DNA of 64,000 nt, taken from contig NW_024704742.1 in the NCBI RefSeq assembly GCF_018977255.1, positions 33,110,001 through 33,174,000 on the forward strand, read 5' to 3'. Within the stretch, counting starts at the first letter, position 1, and every line of letters begins with the position of its first letter. Position numbers and translations under genes: made by a program. Below, one piece after another: positions 38,037-51,677 of this stretch. Origin of the DNA: Callorhinchus milii. Its lineage: Eukaryota. The notes beneath the pieces were generated by a model. That model was not told the DNA's origin, did no database searches, and worked only from the letters and a program-made list of their open reading frames with translations.

Positions 38037-39574
38037 GTAAGTCTGTTTTTCCAGCTCTCTATTATATCACTGCCTCTTTACAGCTTAATAAAGTCAAACC
38101 ATTTGTACTATAGGATAGAATCAAAGAATAGTGGAGCGCATAAACAAGTCATTTGGCCCATCAGGTCACTGGTTGTTTTTTTTTCTCCATGTGCTTCACC
38201 TAGTCCAGTCATCTAGACCACCCTCACTCTTTAAGACTCTTAGTTTTATGGGCTCTGCTTCAATGGCGGTTTTGTGACAGGGAATTCCTCACTCTAAGCC
38301 CTCTCTGTTGAAAGAAACACGTTTCTACCTCACCATTACTTCCTTTTGGGACTGTCTTGAATTTGAGCCCTCATAAGTTTATCATTGTTTTTGACTTTTT
38401 TTTAAAAAAAGGTTTGATTCAGTTATTTTTAGATGATGTAGGTTTATTAAAGTAAATGCGACCAACATTGATATCAAACGGGTGGTGTTTGGTATTCAAA
38501 TACCCGTCAGTTCTTCCACAGTAACACATATGGTTGCATATAGACAATCCGCCCACACACAGATGTCCATTTTTCTGTGGCTGCACAGAGTATGCAGGAT
38601 TCACCTAACAAGTATGCATTTTTGGCATTCAATTCTGACAGCATCTAATCTCGTGTGAAGTATTCAATAGTATTCTGCTATAAATGCTTCTCAGCAGCTT
38701 GGGTCTGATTTATTATTTTAAGCTTCATTTGTGTGGAAATTGTAAATTGGAAAGTTTCTATTGATTCACAGAGACATCAAGTCAGGCAAAGGTACTTGAG
38801 CATGACTTGAGAACTGTTCCATCAGCGTAGAGTTTGTTGCGGAACAACTTGATATTAATCCTGTTGTATGTAAACTATTTTAACAAAACCAAGTGTGGAA
38901 CAAACAAAGGACCATCTGGCTCTTCAGGCTCTGCCTTCCACATCCTGTTTTGGATGCTTCAATCTTCTTAGGGAAAGTTATGCATAAATGCCTTCTATTT
39001 CCCAAAGAAAATATCCATTCATCCTTCCTCCCATTTGTACCGTGGTGCCCCATTCAGTATTGATCATTTCAGTCTATCCTTATCATTATAGTCACTGAGC
39101 CAGGGACGGATGAAATGTTTATCTGGCAGCTTTTTGAAGGTGTTAATTGGCATAGTGTCAGCTGTTTCTGCTGTGAATTAGTCACACACATCTGTTGGGG
39201 TTTTTTTTGGAGAGGGAGGCAGAAGGAAGGGTCAGAGGGAAGCTTATTCTCATATCTTGTTTCACATAAGACTTTTTCTTTTCAAGTCTGAATCTGTTAG
39301 TTCTTGCTCACAGTTCAAGTCTAATAGTATATTTGGTTCTGCTATAAATGTCTCTCAGCTGTTTGAAAGAGAGCTTTGCTTCAAATTGTCTTTCCTCAAT
39401 TGCAAAAATAAAAACTTGTTGATTTTCTCTCTTAAGTTGCAGATCTAAGTACCCAGAATTATCTTTGTTCTTTATCTGAATTTTCTAACTCACAGCACCT
39501 TTTCAAGGCAGCTAAATGTGACCTCAACTATGGTTGGAATCATCTTTTTAAAAACTCCTTGCACTGGACGAAGC

Positions 39575-40020
39575 ATCTTTCATGTCAGGAGGATGTCTCA
39601 AAGCCCATCAAAGCATTTATTGTAAAGTGTAACGACTGTACTTTGTAGGTGAATATGGGAGCCAATTTGTGCAAAGAAATGTCTTGAAAGCAGTCATGAG
39701 ATTAATGACCAATTTTATTGGGCGGGAGTGAGATGTGGGGTGGTTGGTGCCTTGGACACCAGGAGAAACTCCCTTTCTTCGTCAAACAGTGTCATGAGAT
39801 CCTTAACGTCCACCCGAACAGGTAGACAGGACCATCGGTGCAAGGATTATTATTATTATTATCTCATTGGAAAGATTGTAGCTCCAACAATGCAGTGGTT
39901 CCCCATGCACTGTATTGGAGGGTCAGCCTAGATTTTGAATAAAAAATTCTGATGTAGAGCTTGAACCCACAAACTTCTGACTCAGGGGCCAGAGTGCTGC
40001 TATCTAAGCCAAGCTGACAC
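39575..40020 (-). mobile_element. Near-full-length old Deu-domain SINE, antisense
   Basis: Tail at 39575, then Deu segment ggacaccaggagaaactccc..gtgtcatgagatccttaacgtccacc, then head cttgaacccacaaacttctgactcaggggccagagtgct..agccaagctgac. Confidence 0.75.
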
Positions 40021-40329
40021 CATCTGTTTTGCAATTCAAATGACTTTGAAATATATTGGAGTATTTACATTTTTTTAAATTATGTCTAATGAGATGCTCA
40101 TCTTGTTATTGACTCAAAGCATTTCACAGAGTTGGTTTGGCATGTTGTGACCATCAGTCAAAATTGGCCTATAATCTGTGCGAGAGGCTTGACCAGGAGA
40201 GTATGAGAAACTCACTTCTCTTTAACTTCCATCACACCTGAACAGTAATTTTGTGTTACAGAAAGATGGCATCTTCAATAGGTTCCCCCTAGTATTGCAT
40301 TGATGTGTCAGCCTAAACTATGAGCTCCA

Positions 40330-40632
40330 GAGTCCTGCAGCTCAGTGGTTAAAGCACTCGCTTTGCAAGTGAGAGACCTGAGTTCAATTCCAGGCAGGGC
40401 GAAACCTTGGGCAAGTTTCCTTACTCCACACGCCTAATAATAATCCCTCCAAAAAAACAAAAACAATAATAAATTGGTCATTTTCAATCGGGACACTGCT
40501 GTGCGCAATTGGCTGCCGCGTTCGCCCACAAATATACAGTCAATTCACTTTACAGTCTATTCTGTGAAGCGCTTTGGGACGTCTAGAAGACATGAAAAGC
40601 GCTATATCAAATGCAAGGATTATTATTATTAT
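40330..40632 (+). mobile_element. Full-length tRNA(Ala)-like SINE (short subfamily)
   Basis: gagtcctgcagctcagtggttaaagcactcgctttgcaagtgagagacctgagttcaattcc through tgcaaggattattattatt. Nearly identical to 55163-55487. Confidence 0.92.
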
Positions 40633-42346
40633 AAATATTATCCAACCTGTAAAGTGAGCTAACCTGGCACAAAGTGTTGATTATTCTCCGAGACACTTAA
40701 CCATATAATATGATTATGCTTGGCATTTTATAATTATAATTTGTGGTCAAAACTGAGGAAAGCTTTGCTTTGTGATGAGTTAGCCAGCGCAGATAAGAAT
40801 TTTGCAATTGACTAGCTACTTTGATTCAGGTATCTGGGCATTTGGTGAGCTTGGGACATCTTGCCGACATGAAAGGCGTTCTATGAATATGACTGATGGC
40901 TGAGAAAGGGTTAATGCCATCTCTACATTCTCAGATCTATTCACATGAACTGCTTTACACAATCGAGCTGGCTTGAATTTCACTTCAGTGGAGCTGTTGA
41001 CAATCATGTTGCATGCGCTGTCACACTCAGAATTTGGTGCATTAACGGCAGCTTGTTACCCAGCAAGCAGTGGACAACCTGCTTTGCAGTAGCTCAAGCA
41101 CATGCTGCTTCTTCGGACAGCACTGCTTGATGTGCAGGTCCCCATTCTTTCATAAACTGGGACACTGGCACGGTTGTGTTAGTTAAGGAAGTCTCTCTCT
41201 CCCTCCCCACATTCGAAGCCTGCTTGAACACTTACCTCTTTGTCCATGCTTTGGGTCATCTTTCCCCTCACCCACCTCTTCCAGCTCCTCCCCCACATCT
41301 ATGGTGCCTGACCAGCAGTGAGAAGTAGTTTGAGATATCCTCCTGACATGAAAAACACTATATAAACGTAAATAATATTGCATTAAGTACTGATTGATGG
41401 AACTGTTGATCAAAGTGGGCTCAGACCTTGGTGGCTGAAGACGTTTTGTGAATGACTCACCAGCTTTGGATCACGCTGTTGTATAGATCAGTCTATCGAT
41501 GACCACACACATCCTGAGGTGATGCCCTATTGTTACTATGCTTCTCATTAAGCACTGAAGCTTGAAAATGCAAAAAAAAACAAAGCAGGCATGTTCCCAC
41601 AGGCATTCCACTGCCTATAAACAAGTCTCGGTGTGTGCTTCATTTCTGCCAAGATTTATAAATCGCATCATTCGTCCTTTGCTTTGGCAGCTGAGTCCCT
41701 TTTCACTGGGAATCGAGCTATTTGCAAAACAAAATTAAAAAATGATTACACCCTGAAGGAATTATACCGTTCATTTGAGACTGAAGCTGAATATTCATTC
41801 ATCCTTTGGGGTGTTCCACATATTTATTCTGGATTTTCTAGTTTGTTTTTCAATAAAAAAAATGAAAATGTGGCTCTACGCATGAATATGGATTTGTAAT
41901 TTTGTTATGATTCTGAATCAGACTCCAGATTAACAGTCATAAACAGTCTTGATTTATCATGCTTCATTTGGATTTTGATATTTGGATTACAGAAGTAATG
42001 AAGAAAATTGAAAATTACTTGAAAATTACAGTTTATGATGCTTATTGCTCAAAAATATAGCTGAGATCCAATGTCTTGATGAATTGTGGGTTACACAGAA
42101 CAAAAATGGCCAGAAATGTACATTCATTCCTGAATGTGATTCCTGATCATTCATATCAAATCATTGATGTGAAAGGCGTTATATCAAATGCAAGAATTAT
42201 TATTATTTTATTATTATCAAGTGATATTTGCTCCTGTTGCACGCACAATTATAAATACTTATTTTCAAAAGATATTAATTTTTAAAAATGGTGTGCTATT
42301 TGAAGACTGCTGCACTATGCACATGGCAAATATGTGTTTTTTGCTG

Positions 42347-42580
42347 CTCCAAAGTATGCTGGGGTTCCAAAGCCTTGGCTCTTGCCAACCTGTGCCTAAT
42401 ACCCTCCGGAAATGGTTAAGCAGGATGCGTCCCTCTGGGGAAAGAGTGTGCATTCCATTCCAACAAATATCTCTGGAGCTTCCATATAGAGGTGGGATTC
42501 ATGGAACTCTGTTTGGTTTGAATACTCTTAAGCATGGGGATAGGTTTTCACATGTTAAAAACGTGGCTGACCAAAGAAAA
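42347..42580 (+). mobile_element. Unclassified repeat, 5'-truncated copy
   Basis: aagccttggctcttgccaacctgtgcctaatac through ggctgaccaaagaaaa. Confidence 0.85.
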
Positions 42581-43399
42581 TGCCACCTTTCACGTCAGGA
42601 GGGAATTTAGTGTAAAATCAAATAAAGGCAAACACTGCTGCTGGTTTTACACAGCCGTATTCTATAAACACAGATGAAGTGAATGACCAACTTTATTTGA
42701 GTGATTGTTGGTCAGAACACTATGAAAAATTCCATTCTGCTTTCGAATAGGATCTTTAACATAAACTTGAACAGGCAAAAGTGAACTTGGTTTAACACCT
42801 CATGTAAAGATGGCACCTCCAACAATGTAGTGCTTATCCAGCACTGTAGTCAGGTATCAACCTGGACTATGAAAGTTAAAGTCCTGATGTAGAGCTTGAA
42901 CCTACAACTTTCCAAGGTTGGGTTGGTATGGTGTGCAACTAACTTGTTAGGGTAACTTTTACAAAAACAAAACCATATTGGATCCAAGCCAGAGATTTTA
43001 AGCTTTGTGATAGACAAAATGTGATGCAAGTCAAACACAAAGTTTGGTATGTTTTTAACATGATTTCTTTGCTTTTCATAAGCGTGACTGAGTTCAAATT
43101 TGTGTTGGGTAGAGTTTGAGCTTGATGGACATTGTTGCCATGTCTTCACCACCTTGTCTTATTTTGAACATCTGAAAAGCATGTTGATTTTCTTCTATTG
43201 GGCTCCCTTTGGCAGCAGTTTATTCTGTTAGTTTAATAGGCACAATTTATCTTCAGATTTATTGGTGATTTTGCATGTACAGACATGTCTGCAGTTGTAA
43301 TACTTACTATATGTTCAAATTAAATGCATTTTGTTCTTGCATTCAAGTCAATGATTTTGCTCTGATCTGCTGATGGAGTAAATTCTGATTATCTCTACT

Positions 43400-43650
43400 T
43401 CAGTTTTGGACTTCCTGGGGTCACTGGATATCAAGGGCATGCAGGGACACAGATTTAAAATTGGTTGAAAAGCAGGAAACCGAGGCTAGTTGTTACCAGA
43501 GCTAGGTCAAGTGGGTAGAGTTAATCAGCAGGATGTCACTGGGGACTATACTGGGACTTCTCTTATTCTTTAGAAACAATATTGACCCAAATTTGCAGAC
43601 CCAGTGTAATTAGATTTGCAGATGACACCAAGGTGGGTGAACTGTGCAGT
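43400..43650 (+). mobile_element. Degraded CR1 RT-domain fragment
   Basis: tttgcagatgacaccaag encodes FADDTK. A decayed QG-box equivalent (ggggactatactgggac) lies upstream. Confidence 0.6.
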
Positions 43651-43683
43651 CAGAAATAGGCAGCAAAGGTCATATGCATATGG

Positions 43684-43922
43684 AACCTGGTTGTTAGTTG
43701 ATTTGCGGATTGCTTTTCTGGGGATAATAATTCCTTGAAAAAATAATAATCAATTGGTCACTCAATCCACGACTGTTGTAGGACACAAATGTGCACAATT
43801 GGCTGCCGTGTTTTGCCCACAAAATATACAGTTAATTCACTTTACATTATATTCTGTGAAGCGCTTTGAGACGTCTCGAAGACATGATAAGGCGCTATAT
43901 CAAATGCAAGGATTATGATTAT
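43684..43922 (+). mobile_element. 5'-truncated SINE, long subfamily
   Basis: acctggttgttagttgatttgcggattgcttttctggggataataat followed by the shared SINE 3' half and tail. Confidence 0.85.
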
Positions 43923-43945
43923 GCAGAGAGAGGCAATGGACTAAT

Positions 43946-44221
43946 TGCCAAGTTTTAAGACGGTTAAACTCCAGCCGTACCTCAGCGTTTAATCTGGGAT
44001 CCCCAAAAGCCTTGATCTTGTTAACCTGTGCCTAATACTCCCCTGGATTAGATAAGCAAGATGTGTCCCTCCAGGGAGAGAATACTCATTTCATTCCAGA
44101 ATCAAAAAATTCCCATATGTAAGTGGCATATACAATATGGAACTGTGTGGTTTGGAAGACTCTTAAGCATGTTAATGGGTTTCCACAAGTGTCCATGTCA
44201 GACACTTGACTGACCAAAAAA
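43946..44221 (+). mobile_element. Unclassified repeat, 5'-truncated diverged copy
   Basis: actccagccgtacc..ctgggatccc..acctgtgcctaatac..gtccctccagggagag..ctcttaagcatg..gtcagacacttgactgaccaaaaaa. Confidence 0.8.
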
Positions 44222-45697
44222 TATCCAAACCAATCCTGTCATTTTGTGCTGTGCCAGTGCCCATTTTTAAGATTTCCCATTCATTCTTTTCACTGACCGA
44301 CTTTCACAAAAAAAACATTTGTGCGTGTATTGTTACTACAAACGGTGAATTGCCTACTGTAGGTTTAGAACATCTTGTGAGCCTTTCATTTGCTGGAGGG
44401 AAATGAAAGATGAGAATGCTTCACTCAAATCTCCCACTGATCTCTTTTTCAGCTTTTTTGAGAAAAGTGTTTTAGGTCAGATAGAGAATCTTTTAAATGT
44501 TAAAACCATTTTCCAGACCAACTCCTCCAGTTCAACCCATTATATTTCAGTCACTGAAACATTAGCAAATAATGCAAGTTTTGAATTCAGTATCAGCCAG
44601 TGCCCGATGAGGTCAGCCTTGACGGTTGTACTGGCTGTGCTACTGCATTGATAATCTCACCAAGGTTAGTACACCTTGAATCACTTCAACTTTAGCTCCA
44701 GCCATGCTTGTGCCTGTCAGAGCTACCTGTAATCACTGAGATTGAGAGAACCATTTTACAAACCTCCACCCAAGAAAATACACAGTCACTGCACCCCACT
44801 TTATAGTATATCCTGTGAAGCACTTTGATGTGAAAGGCACTATGCAAAATGTTTGGTTTATTATTATTTCTTATAATAATATTTGCATTTGATGCAGTAC
44901 CTTTTCATATTGAGATGATGTGTCAAACCATTTCACAATATTTACTGTACAACAACAAAATTATATTTGTATAGCACCTTTCACGTCGGGAAGATGTCCC
45001 AAGTGCTGGACAGACAGAGTTACTGTAGAGAGTAATCAAATGACTGTATTATATGGATGAATTTAATTGCTAACTTTTTTTATTTGGGGCTATTGTTGAC
45101 CAGGATATAAAGGCAATGTGAGTTAAACTGAGAAGGTTCAAGGGAGTATTGATTATAATGGCGGGAAATGCGAAAGATTGCAATAGAGGGAGATGATGGA
45201 CACAGATCACAGATCCTGTCTGAGACTACAAAACAATTGCTAGTGGGATCTTGTCAATTTTGTGAGCAGGATTGAACCTGGAATAAATATTCATCATTTT
45301 GTGTTCAGAGAACACTTAATTGGGATTATCTTGGTTTTCAAACATTTAGCTTGCTGCTGCTTGAGGGAAGATGAGCAACAACAAAGATCTATTTTGATCA
45401 CTAAGGTATAGAAAGGAGTATGAGTTTGCTATCAGTAGCGTGGCACACAAAACCTGGTGTTTGTATATATCGATAAGAATGAGAGACTTTGAGACGTAAC
45501 CACGTGTTAAAAGGTTGTTGATCCACTGTACGTTTAAAATGAGAAGTATTGAGGTCCACTTCTAAAGCGCTTGACAGCAAGAACAATGCAGACTTTAAGG
45601 ACAAAATTCTAAACCTAGTAACCAGAAGAGGCCATTCAACTCATCGGCTTGTTCCTCCAGTTTATTAAATTAACAGATCTATTTTGTTCCATCCATA

Positions 45698-45918
45698 ATA
45701 ACAATAATAATAATCGCTGCAATTTATATAGTGCCTTATCTTGTCTTCAAGACGTCGCAAAGCGTTTCGGAGAATATACTCTGAAGTGAATTGACTGTAT
45801 ATTTCTGGGCAAAACACAGCAGCCAATTGCATAAAGCAGTGTCTCACAATTTTTTTTAATTTTGAAAGCATTATTACCCCCGGAAAAGCGATCGCTAATC
45901 GACTAACAACCGGGTACT
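45698..45918 (-). mobile_element. 5'-truncated SINE, long subfamily, antisense, apparently nested in a degraded CR1 3' end (~45615-46210)
   Basis: The reverse complement begins gtacccggttgttagtcgattagcgatcgcttttccgggggtaataat and ends in (TTA)n. The flanks gaagaggccattcaactcatc and attttaaacacctcaatatgatcaccgcttaaccttctc are CR1-like. Confidence 0.8.
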
Positions 45919-48785
45919 AAGTATCTTTATATCCTTATTTCCCAACTTTCTAGCTATCACCCTGTTAAACACTTCAATTAATTCCATCTCCATAGCCTCC
46001 TGGGGCAGTGTAATTTCCATATTTTCATAACCTTCTATGTGACGAGGGGTTATCTAATCTAACTGTCCTCGCTCTTTAAGAGTTCTCCCCTTATTTTGAG
46101 TTGTGCTACCAGAGGGAAGAGGTGTCTGTTATCTAGCTTATCAATTCCCATCATTATTTTAAACACCTCAATATGATCACCGCTTAACCTTCTCATCTCT
46201 AAACCTAGTAGAATGAAGTGATCTCTGAATACAATGTCCAGAACTGATATAGTCTCTAGGATACATAGTTCAACATGTGCACTGGGAATTGTGTTGAACT
46301 GAGTATAATTGTCTAAATTGTAATAGTATTAATAATAATAATCCTTGCATTTGATAAAACCTTTCATGTTGAAAGGACATTTAAAAGCCTCTCATACGAT
46401 TTTACTATAAACTGTACACACATCTGTACACAGCAGTGTCCCACAAACAGCCATGAAGTGAATGAGCAACCTGTGTGAGATGCTTTTCATTCTTAGCTAT
46501 TCAACCTTCTTCCCAGCAAAATAAAAATACTTGCGAAGTGGTTTCTACAGTTTGTTTATGAACTGAAAAGTTGGGACTATGACTTCATAGGGTGATATTG
46601 TCTCATATCCGGCGCTTCTCTGTGGCAGCTGAGTGTCCATAAAGATAACTGAACGCTCAACAGGTATTGTAGCAAATGTTTGTCAGTTCCATTTATCCCC
46701 CTAGGAGAAATTGCTTTGCACATATGGAAGTCAGCATCAACTCCTGACACCTTGGTTTAGATCAGAAATTTCTACTGTGAGAAATTTAATTGATTATTGG
46801 CAAAAGATCCCCCCAGTGATTCTGCACAAAGCGTATGTTGAGGTATGAAGTTTCACTTGAACATATGGTAGCTGGTTGGTGGTAGAGGCTTAGACAGTGA
46901 CCTCCAATGAAAGCGTAGAGTGTGGGAGAGAGAAAACATCAGGTGTAAATCTGCATGAACCTACGCCTTGCTGATGTTCTCAGACACACTAGGGAACACA
47001 ATTGTGTTACTTGGTCCAAGAATAGCAAATTTGATCATTTTTCTGGCATTGATTCAAATGTCAAAGCAGGGTATAAAGTATTGTATGGATTATGATCATC
47101 TTCCCTATCATATGGTAGAATTGGTTTGAGATATTAAAAAATGTGTCCCTTGATCTTAAAGTGATTGGAATATTGTTTTTTGGTTATGCAATTGAAATAT
47201 TTTGGTTTAAAGGTATTGTTGACAAGTTTGCTGTCATGTATCAGTGTGTTCATTGTTTGTCTCACTTTCTGGTTTGGGAACAGGCTTGATTGTGTTCATG
47301 ATGTTTTGTAGACCCTGTAATTTGTTCGATATTCTTGTGCTCAAATTGATACCGTTAGCTAAGGGCATGGGGACTATTCATAATGGGAGGAATTAAAGAC
47401 GTATAAGGCCATGTGCTGCCCCATGGAACTTCTCTCCAAAATAATCTACTTTTATTTTGTAACAGAGTTTATGCAGTTTGACATGAAATATTTTCAGTTA
47501 TTGGAAAGACACATTTCTGACCAAAGGTATTGCTAAATAATCATGAAATGTATCCTTTGATGTTTGACCCCATGGCCTGCATGTGTTGAATGGACAAAAA
47601 TAAAAAATTGCTCTGGGCTTAGCTTTTTTTTTTGAAGGGAGGACATATCCATCTAAAGATGAGCAATCCAAAGCCTGTTTTATGTTCAAATTCTGTTGAA
47701 TGTATGGTTTGGCTCAGAACTCATTCAAATAATTTCTCGCTGGGTTAGGGCATTGCATCATAAAGCTGACCTTAATGCTTCAAATGATCCTTATTGATCA
47801 GCCTCAGGAGAAATTGTGCATGTTTTGGATGGCTTAGTAGCTGAAAGTACTTTGGGTCTCAATAAAAGTAAATAATACTGCAGATTCACAAGGCATGCTT
47901 TGTGTTCATTGCACCAGTACAGGGCAAAGGTGGTCTGAAGGTGAATTCTACATGAATGCAATTTATAAATGTACAAATCCACAAAAGTAATGAATATTCT
48001 TACTTAAAGTAACATTGGAAATATTCTACTCAAGTGCAGCATTGCTGCTACAGCCTACCTGAAGATGAAGGCAATAAGGATTTCACCAGCTTGTGTCTGG
48101 CTGTGTGAATATTGGTTATTTTAGGAATGGTTTAGATAATGATGTAGAATTACAGAAAGTAGATAAATGTAGCACAGAAGGTGTTGTTTTTAAATGAAAA
48201 AAACACTGTCGTTTTAATGCAGTGATTGATGGAGCCTAAGAATAATAATCTTGCATTTGATGTAGCGCTTTATCATGTTGTCGGGAACATCTCAAAGCAC
48301 TTCACGGGATATGGTGTAAAGTTGTTTGATTATGTATTTTGTGGGCAAAATCCCTCTTAACACCAGCTGTCACCCCCTACACAATGGTGCTTTTTTTGTT
48401 CAGGATGATCAGTTGACATCAGTGTCATTTTATTGCATATCTATCTTTCTTGGTTTGAGAGTTATTGCTTTCCCAATCAAAATAGCTGTGAGGTTTTCAA
48501 ATGGATTTATGAGTGTTGCCACTGACCATCTGGAACTCTGCTCCAGGTGCCAACTTCATCGAAGCCGAAACTGGGATCGGTTTTCCAGAGGATTAGTTGT
48601 GACACATCCAAGTTTTCTTCTTTGCCATTTAAAAGGCCAGTTAAATGGCTTGTTCCCAGGAATACCCAAGTTGGATTCTGAATTGCCTGTTGTAGTGTTA
48701 GTGGGAGTTTGCTTTTTGTAATTTTTTTTCAAGGAATGGTTTTCACCTTGATTGTTTCCTTCTGAGAGATTCCTTGTTTCCATTT

Positions 48786-49155
48786 AAGGTCTCTCCACAC
48801 CCTTACCTCACCCTACGCCTGTAATCTCCACACTGATCTGATCGCTCCCTTTGGTCAGTGAACACTAGCCCACTTCATGTCCCCCACATTATTCACTCTA
48901 CCATCAGCAGGCAGTGTTACAGGAATTCTGCCCCCGCACTTTAGAACTCTCTTCCGCAGTTTTTCTGACTCCCTCCCTCCCTTCGTTCAAGGCACACCTC
49001 AAAACGTATCTTTTTGACTATGCTTTCTTTCACCTTTTCCTTCCCCACCCCTATGGCTCCCACCCTCAGCTCAGGTGCCCATTCAGCATTGTCGAGGGCT
49101 TTTGAGACATCCTCCCGATGTGGAAAGTGCTACATAAGTATATATTATGTTGTTT
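48786..49155 (+). mobile_element. Degraded L2 3' end
   Basis: SLPSFKAHLKTYLFDYAF and tail tttgagacatcctcccgatgtggaaagtgcta. Confidence 0.75.
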
Positions 49156-51199
49156 TGTAAACTAAGGAAATCACCATACGAGAAACACTAAAGGAGATCA
49201 GCAATGTTTGATAGGTATTGAGTTAATTTAGAGGTATATTCAATACAATACATATTGAATGTGCTTGGATGGGCATCAAGCTGCGGGGATTGTGTATTGC
49301 AAAACCATGTGGAAGAATCAAAGTAAATAATTTATTTTTCACAAAGCTACTCTTGAACCACTTATCCTATAAGTCGGCTGTTTCTTTGGTAAATCTCTAA
49401 CTGTGGAAGTTATAGCTTTTACTTTTTATCATAGATTTTCAGCTCTCCTACTTTATGAGCTAAGTTTTCACTGTCAGTACTTTTGATGACTTAGGTCAAT
49501 GTCGAAGTAACAGCAGGTAAACTTTAAGGTTGAAATTTTACTTGTGCTTTTTTTCCCCCTTGTGAATTTAATCCTACTTCAGGTGACAAATGCAGGTGTT
49601 TAGAAACAGGCCACTTGTAACAGTGGAGCTTAGTTATGATGTGATTTGGGTCCATAAAATCTTAACTCATGTCTTAGTGAGGCACGATGCCTACTCGATC
49701 TCAGGCAGCGTTCCTGCCGTAAAAAATAGCCAACTTCAGTGGCATCTGGTTTCTCCTGATGTTGCTTCCTGTTTGCTGTGCGCACACAATGCAGGAAGCA
49801 ACATTGGTGTTCCCTGATGTTACTGGAAGTCAACCATATTCTCTTTAACTCAGAAAACTGAAATGGCCGCCTTTTAGGTCATCAGATGGCCACCGTTGTC
49901 GCTTCTTATTCGCATGCGAGGTAGACAGTAATTGATGTCGGGGATAATCTGATAACCAGGAGCTTAGCCATTTTAGTGCAGAAACTGGCCGGGGCGCAGT
50001 GAGCGGTTACTGCGTGCAGGCACTGTGAATGGGATCCACAGTGCAACCAAATTGGGCACCAGAATTGTGTTGTAAAGGGGCATCACTGTATTTAGGATCT
50101 TGAAGGAATTTGACTACAAGTCAAAATAAACTGTTCTAATTTTACCTAATTACTAGTGATGCCACATGGGCAATATTGTGTGCAGGTCTCTGCAGTGCCT
50201 TGTTGGGACATCCTTCTGACGTGAAAGGCGTATACAAATGTAATTTTGTTGTTGTTATTGCTGCAATGTGTATCTTCAAGAAAACATTAAAGAATTGATG
50301 ATGGTACAGAAAAGAACGACAAAGATGATTAATGCAGCTACATTTCTAAATTATGATTAGAGGCTCACAGAGCAAATCTTTGATTTACGAGTAAAAATAT
50401 ACGATGGGTAGGGAAATTGCACATGTTCTTTGCTTTTGAAGGCTTGGATAAGGGAGCTTTTTTGACTTTGATCTGTGAGAAGCTTACCAGATGTGACCTC
50501 TGGTTTGTGATTGCAACAATCCTCTTTCTCTCAGGACGTGTCTCGGATGAAAAAATCCCAAATATTATTGGCCTTTGATTGTGTTTTACTGTGCTTTGTT
50601 ATTCAGTGAATGTGTTGGTGAATTGTGGCTGAACACCCACTGATGTTTAAGTAGGAATGCTAAAATTGCCACAGCCCAGTTTTTCTGCATGATAATAATA
50701 ATCCTTGTTGTTGACATAACGTCTTCGAACATTTCAAAGCGCTTCACAGAATATACTGTAAAGTGAATTGACTGTATATTTTGTGTGCGAAATTCATAAT
50801 TAAGTTCCTATATCTGTGGTAGGTGTGTGCTGATTGACATTGCACTACTGTGAACACAACACTGCTCCAGGCATTTTTGTCTCTCAGGGAGCTGGGATCT
50901 TTTTGGAGCCAGCTGAGTTGATGACCCATTTTGAAGTAAGGAAACTGCTGTTGAATTCCTCATGTTGCTATTCATACAGCATTCATTCAGGATTCCCGCA
51001 GTAGTTGCCAGTGACATTTTTAAAATGGACCATCCGTCACCCCAGCTGCTACCTGAAAGTGAATGTCAGTCTAGTTATCTACAGCAATGGACGATGTGAA
51101 AAATAAAAAAGATACTTTAGCATCACTATGAACAGGAAGGAGTTTTATTCATGATATTCAATTATTTATTCATGATAGGGACACCACATTGGATCCCTC

Positions 51200-51505
51200 A
51201 CCAGAACTACTTTTTACCACTTCCACCACATCACCTGCCTCTGACTACACCTCACATGCAGCTGAAACCCTTATCCAGGCGTTTGTCACCTCCTACCTCG
51301 ATTTTTTTTCCCCGATGCCCCTATTGCTAGTCTTCCAGCTCCAATTGAAATCCAATTAATTCAAAATACCACCAACATTAAACTCCACAACCCCTTCACC
51401 CCAGTGCTTGTCAGGCTCCTAATTGTAGAATGATTTGATTTCAAAATTCTCACACTTGCATACAAATCACTTTGTGCCCAGCACCTCCCTACCTCTCCCA
51501 CCAGT
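51200..51505 (+). mobile_element. Degraded L2 ORF2 fragment
   Basis: catgcagctgaaacccttatccaggcgtttgtcacctcc encodes HAAETLIQAFVTS; gatttcaaaattctc encodes DFKIL. Confidence 0.75.
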
Positions 51506-51510
51506 TTAGA

Positions 51511-51663
51511 CCTTACGGGTATGGTGGTCAAGTAGCTATGAAACTTGACAGGCAATGCCCTCAAGCAATGGTAAGCTGTGCAGCTTTCGCTGATTAAATT
51601 CCAGCACCCTCACGCACACTCTGGGGTTCCCAAACCTCGACTCTTGCCAGCTTGCTTCTAATA
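51511..51663 (+). repeat. Unclassified repeat, internal fragment
   Basis: aatggtaagctgtgcag..ttccagcac..cacactctggggttcccaaacctcgactcttgccagcttgcttctaata aligns with the family core. Confidence 0.7.
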
Positions 51664-51677
51664 TTTGCTTCTAATAC

